This document shows, piece after piece, positions 57,048-64,000 of a DNA stretch of 64,000 bases. The DNA is taken from assembly GCA_023229795.1 (NCBI GenBank), contig JALNYP010000001.1:5321-69320 (forward strand), written 5' to 3'. Position numbers and translations under genes: made by a program. The DNA comes from Syntrophobacterales bacterium. Lineage in GTDB: Bacteria; Desulfobacterota; Desulfobaccia; Desulfobaccales; 0-14-0-80-60-11. Position 1 is the stretch's first letter. Every line of letters begins with the position of its first letter. Below the pieces are notes generated by a model. It made no database searches and was not told the origin of the DNA. It saw nothing but the letters and a program-made list of their open reading frames with translations.

Positions 57048-58016
57048 TCAGTTGCCGGGCTCAGGCAGGGTCAGGTGCCAATCCCGGCAGAGGGGGACTT
57101 TGAGGACAAAGGCGGTGCCGAGGCCGGACGGCGAACGCACCTCCAAGGTCCCGCCGAGCCGATCCAGGCGCTCCCGGACGCTGAACAGGGCAAACCCGGG
57201 AGGATCATCGCCGATATCCCGGATGGCCAGGCCGTCATGCTCCACCAGGATATGCACCAGGTCCTGCTCCTGCCGCAGGGCGATCTGCACCCGTTGCGCC
57301 CGAGACTGCCGGGCCACGCAGGTCAATAAGTCCCGGATCACAATGAACAGCAGGATCTGGCTGTCATCGCAGGGCGGCCACGCCACCTGCCGCTGCTGGA
57401 CTTCCACCTTGATTCCATACTGCTCCCCAAATTCTCGGGCCAGCCATTGCAACGCGGCCGCAAAGCCAAGCTCATAGAGCACCGGGGGACTGAGCTCGCC
57501 GGTCAGAGTGCGGATGAACCTGATGCACTTATCCACCTGGTTTCTGGCCTCGCAGAGATCCTGGAGCGTGGAACTCTCGAGGGGAGGGTCGGTCTGGGTG
57601 GTCAGGAGACCCAATTTGACCTGGGTCATGGCCAGGATCTGGCCGACCTGCTCATGGAGTTCGGTGGCCAGGCGATGGCGTTCTTTTTCCTCGACCAGCG
57701 ACATTTCCGCCACCAAGGCCCGCAACCGGGCCTGATAGAGGAGGCGATGCTCTTCCAGGCGCTGGTGAAGGCGGCCCAAGGCCGCGCCCACCAGACCGCC
57801 GGTGAGGATAAAAAACAGGGACAGGGGCCAGGCATGGAGACTGAAGCTGTGGAGGATGGTGCCGGTGACCGCCAGGGGAGTCTGATGGCCAAAATATTCA
57901 TGGAGGTGGTGGGCCACCATGAAGAGCGGATGCCCGGCCAGGGCGCCCACCGCGGCCCCGATCAATAAGCCCTTAAGGAGGTGCCGGGAAACCGGCCTTA
58001 CCGGCTGATCAGGCAT
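57048..58016 (-). CDS. Membrane sensor histidine kinase (HisKA_3 / NarX-like class), orphan
   Basis: H-box ERHRLATELHEQVGQIL, a C-terminal HATPase (DDPPGFALFSVRERLDRLGG), and N-terminal TM helices. Confidence 0.8.
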   Translation of the reverse strand: MPDQPVRPVSRHLLKGLLIGAAVGALAGHPLFMVAHHLHEYFGHQTPLAVTGTILHSFSLHAWPLSLFFILTGGLVGAALGRLHQRLEEHRLLYQARLRALVAEMSLVEEKERHRLATELHEQVGQILAMTQVKLGLLTTQTDPPLESSTLQDLCEARNQVDKCIRFIRTLTGELSPPVLYELGFAAALQWLAREFGEQYGIKVEVQQRQVAWPPCDDSQILLFIVIRDLLTCVARQSRAQRVQIALRQEQDLVHILVEHDGLAIRDIGDDPPGFALFSVRERLDRLGGTLEVRSPSGLGTAFVLKVPLCRDWHLTLPEPGN

Positions 58017-58064
58017 CGGTCAGCCTGCGTCCCGGGGCTTGGAGGGCGCCGTCAAGTGTGTCCC

Positions 58065-58958
58065 CTACCGTAACTCTTCTCCGGTGAGGGTCTGGAGCGC
58101 CTGCAGATAGCGGGCCCGGGTGTTGGCCAGGACGTCGGCGGGCAAGGGCGGCGGCGGAGGTTGCTTGTTCCAGCCCAGGGATTCCAGGTAGTCCCGGAGG
58201 TATTGCTTGTCATAACTCTTTTGGGGGCCGCCGGGGCGGTAGTCCTCCTGGGGCCAGAAGCGGGAAGAGTCGGGGGTCAGGACTTCGTCGATGAGGAGCA
58301 GCTCACCGTTGGCCAGTCCGAACTCGAACTTGGTGTCGGCAATGATGATGCCTCGGGGTTCGGCCCACGCCAGGGCCCTGATGTAGATGGCCAGGCTCAG
58401 GTCTCTGACCTTGGCCGCCAGCTCCGCCCCGATCCGCCCGGCCATGGTCTCAAAGGAGATATTCTCGTCGTGGGTGCCCAACTCGGCCTTGGTGGAGGGG
58501 GTAAAGATGGGCGCCGGCAATTTCTGGGACTCCACCAGCCCCGGGGGCAGGGAAAGGCCGCCGATAGCGCCGCTCTGACGGTATTCGGCCCAACCGGAGC
58601 CGGAGAGGTAGCCCCGGACGATGCACTCCACCGGCAGGGGCAGGCACTTGCGCACCAGCATGGTGCGGCCCTGCAACATCTCTTTATACGGCCGGCAGGC
58701 CGGGGGAAAATCTTCCACCTGCAGGGAAACCAGGTGGTTGGGGGTCAAATCCGCCAGGTGCCGGAACCAGAAGGCGGACAATTGGGTGAGGATGCGGCCC
58801 TTGTCGGGGATGGGTTCGGCCATCACCACGTCAAAGGCGGAGATGCGGTCCGTGGCCACCAGGAGCAGTTTATCCCCCAGATCGTAAATGTCCCGGACTT
58901 TGCCCTGGTGCCGGGGACCCAGGTCGGGAAAGGCAGTGGTCATGACCGGGGTATTCAT
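58065..58958 (-). CDS. purC: Phosphoribosylaminoimidazole-succinocarboxamide synthase
   Basis: [25 protein letters not shown]..., [22 protein letters not shown]. Confidence 0.93.
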   Translation of the reverse strand: MNTPVMTTAFPDLGPRHQGKVRDIYDLGDKLLLVATDRISAFDVVMAEPIPDKGRILTQLSAFWFRHLADLTPNHLVSLQVEDFPPACRPYKEMLQGRTMLVRKCLPLPVECIVRGYLSGSGWAEYRQSGAIGGLSLPPGLVESQKLPAPIFTPSTKAELGTHDENISFETMAGRIGAELAAKVRDLSLAIYIRALAWAEPRGIIIADTKFEFGLANGELLLIDEVLTPDSSRFWPQEDYRPGGPQKSYDKQYLRDYLESLGWNKQPPPPPLPADVLANTRARYLQALQTLTGEELR

Positions 58959-60472
58959 CGGGTTGGCCTCCTGGATGGCTGGTTATTGGCGGTCTTGGAC
59001 GGCAGTTTCACTACCTTGGCGGTGATCTTTTCCTGGGTTTTAATGCGGCCGGCGGCGTCCTCCGCGGCCTTGGCCCCGGTGAGGGGGCCCACCTGGACCA
59101 CATACAGTTTCTTATTCCCGGTCTTCCGCGCGATGACCACGGCCTTCAGGTTCTTGGCCCGCAGGCGCTGCTGCAGGGTTTGGGCCTGCTTCAGGTTGCC
59201 GTAAGTGGCAACCACCACCAGGTAGCGCTCATTTTGGGCCTCGCGGCTGACTTCGGCCGGGTGACCCGGAGCGGAGGGCTGGCCGGCTGCCGCCGGTTGC
59301 GGGGAGGGGCCGAACTCGCCGGTCTCCACCAGGGGCGGCCCGCCGCCCATCGGCGGCAGACCAGCCGGCAAGGCTACTTTGGCCGGCGGCGGTAAGGGCG
59401 CCGGCTGGCGGCGCATTTTCGTCCCGGCAATAATGAGGGCCACGACCAGGACGGCCAGGCCCAGGCCCCACCAGAGGCGCCGGGGCAACTGCTTCAGGGC
59501 GTTCACCTGGGGGGCGGCCAGTTCCTTGGCTTTTTGGATATAAGGCAAACCCGATTCCCAGACCTTCTTCAGCCAGGGCCCGGCTTGAGCCAGGGGCTGC
59601 CAGCCGGCCCCGGATTTTTCCGACCGCCGGGAGGGAAGGCGCTTTTTGCCGCCGCCGTGAATGAGTTCCCGGGCCTGGCGCAACTGGCTGACAAAGGCGC
59701 CGGCATGAGGCAGGCGCTCCTCGGGGTCCTCCGACAGGCAGCGCAACAGCACGTTCTGCAGGGAGAGAGGGATCTCTTCCAGGTCCACCGGGGGATATTC
59801 CAGGCGATAAGGAAAGGGCTCGTCAAAGGTCAGGGCATAAGGCAGGCTGCCGGCCACCAGCCGGAACCCCAGAACCCCCAGGGAAAATACATTGCCGGCG
59901 GGAGTGACATTATCTCCCTGGATGACCTCGGGGGGCACATACGCCTTGAGCTCCAGGTGCAGCGGCTGATCTTCGTAGGCCGGGGCGAAGGCAAAATTGG
60001 CCAGGCGGAGGTCTTCCCCGTGCAGCAGGATGTTATCGGGGCTGAGGGACTGGTGCACTTCTCCCTGTTGATGGGCATAGGCCAGGGTCTGCCCCAGGAG
60101 TTCGAGCAAGTCCAGGGCCTGCCCCATGCTGAACCGCACCGGCCGGGCCAACTGGGTCATCAGGCTCTCGCCTAAGAAGGGTTCCTCCACCAGGTAGAGA
60201 AATTTCTCGGCCTTGTCCACGTGAAAGACCCCCAGGATCTGGGGGTGGCGCAGCTTCCGTCCCAAGACGGCCTGGCGTTCAAACATGTCCCGGGCCGCAG
60301 CCCACTCCGGGGCATCCCGGGCCAGAAGCTTCAAACCAACCTCGGTTCTGAGGAGATTATCCTGGGCCAGCCATACCCCTCCCCAAGGTTCGTCCCGGAG
60401 GGAGCGCACGATGAGATACCTCTGCCCGACCAGTTCGTGGCCTTCGGGATGCTCGGACCGGTTTTGGCTCAT
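58955..60472 (-). CDS. Ser/Thr-kinase-like pseudokinase, TM segment, C-terminal SPOR domain
   Basis: The kinase fold is recognisable ([30 protein letters not shown]). HRD reads HQS, KPxN reads SPDN, DFG reads NFA and there is no GxGxxG. The C-terminus [47 protein letters not shown] is SPOR-like. Confidence 0.75.
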   Translation of the reverse strand: MSQNRSEHPEGHELVGQRYLIVRSLRDEPWGGVWLAQDNLLRTEVGLKLLARDAPEWAAARDMFERQAVLGRKLRHPQILGVFHVDKAEKFLYLVEEPFLGESLMTQLARPVRFSMGQALDLLELLGQTLAYAHQQGEVHQSLSPDNILLHGEDLRLANFAFAPAYEDQPLHLELKAYVPPEVIQGDNVTPAGNVFSLGVLGFRLVAGSLPYALTFDEPFPYRLEYPPVDLEEIPLSLQNVLLRCLSEDPEERLPHAGAFVSQLRQARELIHGGGKKRLPSRRSEKSGAGWQPLAQAGPWLKKVWESGLPYIQKAKELAAPQVNALKQLPRRLWWGLGLAVLVVALIIAGTKMRRQPAPLPPPAKVALPAGLPPMGGGPPLVETGEFGPSPQPAAAGQPSAPGHPAEVSREAQNERYLVVVATYGNLKQAQTLQQRLRAKNLKAVVIARKTGNKKLYVVQVGPLTGAKAAEDAAGRIKTQEKITAKVVKLPSKTANNQPSRRPTR

Positions 60473-60745
60473 GTCTGCCTCGGCTGGGTGAATTGGCCTG
60501 ATGATCAGCCCGATTCACCATAACACAAATCCGGCCGGCAAAAAAGTCCTTTCGGCCCGGGAGCCCCCAGGGTTGCGGCAAGGACGCCACGGACACGGGT
60601 CATGATTGAGGCCCATGACCGGCAGGAGCGAGGCGCGGGAGCATCGCCAACCGCTGCCTTTTTCCCGGCCATGGTTGAATTCATCCGGAGCCGCGTTACA
60701 TTGATAAGGAAAGGATTTTTTCCGAGAGGCGCCTGGTGGGAAACC

Positions 60746-61366
60746 ATGGCGGCGGGATTCTTCATGTCTTTGGCTAACCTTATTACCCTGGCCCGGTTGC
60801 CGCTGTTGTTGACGGTGGTGGCTTTGCTGTTCGTGCCCAATTTCGCAGTGCGGCTGGCGGGCCTAGGGCTGTTGATCATCCTGTTTCTCCTGGATTGGTT
60901 TGACGGCTACGTGGCCCGGCTGCGGGACGAAGTCACCGAACTGGGCGCGGTGTTGGATATCGCCCTGGACCGGTCGGTGGAAAATATCCTCTGGATCACC
61001 TTCATGTATCTGGGGCTGGTGCCCCTGTGGGTGCCCATCGTCTTTTTGCTCCGCTCTTTTGTGATCGACGGGATTCGGGGGGTGGCGCTCGTCCGGGGAC
61101 ACTCCGGTTTCGGGATGATGCACTCGGCCCTGGGGCGTTTCCTGGTGGCCTCACGCTTCATGCGGGCCCTCTACGGCCTGGCCAAAAGTGTGATCTTCGG
61201 CCTCCTTTACCTCACCTGGGCCCTGGCCCTTAAAGACCCCGATATTCTGATCACCTTGCATCCGCTCAACCAAGCTCTTATATTTTTTACAACAGGACTG
61301 TGCATCATTCGAGGCATCCCGGTAATCCAGGATGGCCGCATCTTTTTTAGATCCGGGAAAGCCTAA
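60746..61366 (+). CDS. CDP-alcohol phosphatidyltransferase family protein
   Basis: DWFDGYVARLRDEVTELGAVLDIALDR fits DGx2ARx8Gx3Dx3D. The start is uncertain (60746 or 60764). Confidence 0.8.
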   Translation: MAAGFFMSLANLITLARLPLLLTVVALLFVPNFAVRLAGLGLLIILFLLDWFDGYVARLRDEVTELGAVLDIALDRSVENILWITFMYLGLVPLWVPIVFLLRSFVIDGIRGVALVRGHSGFGMMHSALGRFLVASRFMRALYGLAKSVIFGLLYLTWALALKDPDILITLHPLNQALIFFTTGLCIIRGIPVIQDGRIFFRSGKA

Positions 61367-61407
61367 CCTCGAGGCACGCCGCGGGCACCTTGCCGCCGGA
61401 GGACACT

Positions 61408-62040
61408 ATGAGCCGGGTGGTGGCCATATTCGATGTAGATCAGACCCTGGTTCAGGGCTATACGGAACGACTCTTTTTTCGATATCTGGTGCGCCGGGGC
61501 CTGCTCCGCATGCCCCAGGCCCTGGCTTACCTCGGCCAACTGGCCTGCAATCCCCAGGAGCGGTTCCAGGACAAGCGTTACCTGGAGGGGCTGGAGGTGG
61601 AGGAAGTGATCCACCTGGCCCGGCGGTGCTACCAGGAAGACATCTCCCCGCGGGTGAGTACCACCGGCCTGGCCTGTGTGGTGGAACACCAGACCCGGGG
61701 CCATGCCATTGCGCTCTTGAGCGGCTCCCTGTCCCTGCTCCTGACGCCGTTGCAGGAGGAACTGGGGGCGGACTGGCTCATCGCCACGGAATTGCACCGG
61801 ACGAACGGCAGATTTACCGGGGAGATCGCCGGCCTGCACCCTCGAGGGCCCAACAAATTGTCCCTGTTGCAGGAGTTGTCCCGGATCAACGGCCTGGATC
61901 TAGCCCGGTCTTACGCCTACGGCGACCATATCCAGGATTCCCATTTGTTCCGGACTATCGGGAATCCCGTCGCGGTCAATCCGTCCTGGCGCTTGAAACG
62001 CCAGGCCCGCAAAAACCACTGGCCGATCCGGTATTTTTAA
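61408..62040 (+). CDS. HAD-IB family hydrolase (SerB-like)
   Basis: VAIFDVDQTLVQG..., LLSGSL..., AYGDHIQDSHLF. Confidence 0.8.
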   Translation: MSRVVAIFDVDQTLVQGYTERLFFRYLVRRGLLRMPQALAYLGQLACNPQERFQDKRYLEGLEVEEVIHLARRCYQEDISPRVSTTGLACVVEHQTRGHAIALLSGSLSLLLTPLQEELGADWLIATELHRTNGRFTGEIAGLHPRGPNKLSLLQELSRINGLDLARSYAYGDHIQDSHLFRTIGNPVAVNPSWRLKRQARKNHWPIRYF

Positions 62041-62192
62041 GTTTTCTTCCCCGCCATCCGAACCCGCCATCCGAGGATGCCTAGAGAGAATCAGGGCCGA
62101 GTCGCGCCTGGACCCCAAATTATTTTTCCTGTACAATCTACCCATTAAATTGACAGGGCAAATCTTTTAGAGTAGTCAATAATAGGGGTGCT

Positions 62193-62402
62193 ATGGACGA
62201 AGCTCTGATCCGACAACTGAAAAACCGCGTAGAGGAAGAACTGCAGCAGCGGGAAGCGGCGCTCCTGGAGTTTTGGCTGCAGGAAATGAAGAATATCCTG
62301 GTCAAGCGTCACCACGAGTTGGCGGGATTACAAAGCGACATGAAAAACATGGTCGCCCGCATGGAGACTCGGCTCCGCACCCTTAAGGGGAGTTCCAGAT
62401 AA
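62193..62402 (+). CDS. Small coiled-coil hypothetical protein
   Basis: 69 aa with a heptad-like charged pattern. Its stop lies 1 nt before the queD start. No family recognised. Confidence 0.4.
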   Translation: MDEALIRQLKNRVEEELQQREAALLEFWLQEMKNILVKRHHELAGLQSDMKNMVARMETRLRTLKGSSR

Positions 62403-62403
62403 C

Positions 62404-62775
62404 ATGTATGAAGTTAAAATCGTCACGCAGTTTGCCGCAGCCCATCGGCTGGAAAATTTTTATGGGAAATGTGAATCACTCCACGGCCATAATTGGAAGG
62501 TGGAGGTTTTCCTGGCAGGGAAGAGTCTCGATGAGGCCGGGCTGCTGATGGATTTCGGCGTGCTCAAGGCCCGTGCCAAAGAGGTGCTGGAAGAGATCGA
62601 CCATAAATACCTGAATGAACTGCCGGCCTTTCAGGACCGCAATCCTTCGTCGGAAAATCTGGCCCGTTACCTGTTCGAACGCCTCGGGGCCATTTTAAAT
62701 CGGGAGGGGGCGAAAATCCAACGGGTCAACGTCTGGGAATCCGATACCTCCTGCGCCTCCTATTATCCGGGCTGA
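62404..62775 (+). CDS. queD: 6-carboxy-5,6,7,8-tetrahydropterin synthase
   Basis: FAAAHRL...CESLHGHNWKVEV...DFGVLK, the PTPS/QueD signature. Confidence 0.88.
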   Translation: MYEVKIVTQFAAAHRLENFYGKCESLHGHNWKVEVFLAGKSLDEAGLLMDFGVLKARAKEVLEEIDHKYLNELPAFQDRNPSSENLARYLFERLGAILNREGAKIQRVNVWESDTSCASYYPG

Positions 62776-62782
62776 AGGGACT

Positions 62783-63193
62783 TTGAACAAAGTCTGTCTT
62801 TTAGCCTGCCTGGCGGGACTTATCCTGGGGACGGTAAGCTGGTTGGGGGCGCAAACCGGCTCTCTGACCGAAGCCCCGGCTACCATGATCCTGAGAATTT
62901 CCGGCCCGGGTTTCGGCCGCAAGCCGCCGGTGGCGTTCAGCCACCGGGAGCACGAAGCCGGACGGGTGGCCTGCACCCAGTGCCATCACGACTACCGGGG
63001 GCGGCGCAACGTCTGGCGCCAGGGGCTGCCGGTGGAAAAATGCCAGGCCTGCCATGGCCTCAGGCCCGAGCCGCGCCGCCTGGATTTGAAGAACGCCTTC
63101 CATCGCCAATGTAAAGGGTGCCCCCTGAGGCTGCAGCAGCAGGGCCGACGGGCCGGACCCATTGATTGCCGGGACTGCCACCGCCGAAGTTGA
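62783..63193 (+). CDS. Cytochrome c3-family multihaem protein (three CxxCH plus one CxxCP)
   Basis: Signal peptide, FSHREHE, CTQCH, CQACH, CKGCP, CRDCH. TTG start. Confidence 0.7.
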   Translation: MNKVCLLACLAGLILGTVSWLGAQTGSLTEAPATMILRISGPGFGRKPPVAFSHREHEAGRVACTQCHHDYRGRRNVWRQGLPVEKCQACHGLRPEPRRLDLKNAFHRQCKGCPLRLQQQGRRAGPIDCRDCHRRS

Positions 63194-63277
63194 AACCTGG
63201 AAGCCGCAAGAACCCCGGCCCGACATATGGTCGCCAAGACTTGAGAGACATGCAGATAGACTCTCCAGCAGGGAGTT

Positions 63278-64000
63278 GTGATTAAAGAGTCGATCACCTC
63301 CTTAATCCGGACACTGCACCGGGAACGGGTCTTCGCCCTGATCCTGACCCTGGCGGTGATCCTGCTGTTGGGGGCCCTCGGCTTCAGCCTGGTCGAACCC
63401 TCCGAAGGGCCGTGGTGGGCTCGGTTCGCCCGGGCCTTGTGGTGGGGTATGGTCACCCTGACCACCGTGGGCTATGGGGACGTGGTTCCCGTCACCTTCC
63501 TGGGCCGTCTGGTGGGCGTCGGCCTCATGGTGATCGGGGTTATCAGCCTGTCCCTGGTTACCGCCACGGTGGCCTCGGTATTCATTGAACGCAAGTTTCG
63601 CCGGGAGAAAGGCTTGGAAGCGATCAAAGCTGCGCAGCACATCCTGATCCTGGGTTGGCCGGAAGATGCCGAGACCCTGCTGGACCAGTTGCTCAAACGG
63701 CTGCCCATGAACATCCCCGTGGTCCTGGTCAACAAGGCCACCCCGGAAGAGATGGACGCCCTCAAAGAAAAATACCCCCATCAGACGATATTCTATCTCC
63801 GGGGAGATTATTCCCGGGAAGAAATCCTCCTGAAGGCCAATGTCAAAGGGGCCATCAAGGCCATCATCCTGGCCGACCGGCAGGCGGGAGAGACCGCGCT
63901 CCAGGTGGATCAACGCACCCTGTTCACCGCGCTCACCTTAAAGGCCATCCATACCAAGATTCGCATCATGGCCGAGCTGCTGCGGGCGGAGAACCGCTCC
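63278..64000 (+). CDS. Potassium channel with RCK/TrkA-N domain (3' end runs off the window)
   Basis: Not in the ORF track. Translation from the GTG at 63278 gives two TM helices flanking the TLTTVGYGD selectivity filter, then HILILGWPEDAETLL... (Rossmann-like RCK). Confidence 0.85.
   Translation, partial: MIKESITSLIRTLHRERVFALILTLAVILLLGALGFSLVEPSEGPWWARFARALWWGMVTLTTVGYGDVVPVTFLGRLVGVGLMVIGVISLSLVTATVASVFIERKFRREKGLEAIKAAQHILILGWPEDAETLLDQLLKRLPMNIPVVLVNKATPEEMDALKEKYPHQTIFYLRGDYSREEILLKANVKGAIKAIILADRQAGETALQVDQRTLFTALTLKAIHTKIRIMAELLRAENRS

Noticed and set aside
62041-62192. preQ1 riboswitch upstream of queD
   Set aside because: No stem plus A-rich tail matching the preQ1-I or preQ1-II consensus is visible.

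Overview
High-G+C, gene-dense bacterial chromosome segment. It looks like an anaerobic Desulfobacterota-type organism, an inference from the sigma-54 regulators, siroheme decarboxylase (alternative haem pathway), cytochrome c3, ETF/acyl-CoA dehydrogenase and the intergenic hairpin repeat families. About 70 genes are supportable and most are housekeeping: bioA, hemL, leuS-lptE-holA, tyrS, pcnB, pgpA, cinA, thpR, recA, alaS, purC, queD, cstA and rfbB/rfbD/rfbC-like. Features the ORF track misses: (1) a fluoride riboswitch with terminator platform upstream of crcB, a DUF190-CBS fusion and EamA; (2) selD as a selenoprotein, with an in-frame TGA at 39882 followed by a hairpin; (3) partial genes at both edges (UbiA-family prenyltransferase, K+ channel); (4) single-base frameshifts in etfB and a second hicA. 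The most unusual structure is the pgpA-cinA-thpR-recA-alaS neighbourhood (about 44.3-54.0 kb). It holds several small foreign insertions. Two of them are toxin-antitoxin cassettes (RHH-PIN and HicBA), each bracketed by a diverged direct duplication of the 3' end of the host gene it sits behind (thpR, alaS). No integrase is visible, so this looks like homology-driven single-crossover capture of the cassettes. A second candidate for novelty is an AT-rich two-gene island inside the dTDP-sugar (rfb) operon, encoding a 528-aa orphan with a degenerate Nudix box plus an FdtA-like cupin. Three apparent pseudoenzymes are present (S2P protease homolog, Ser/Thr pseudokinase-SPOR, RecA with a deviant Walker B). 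All functional calls come from motif recognition by eye; no database search was run.
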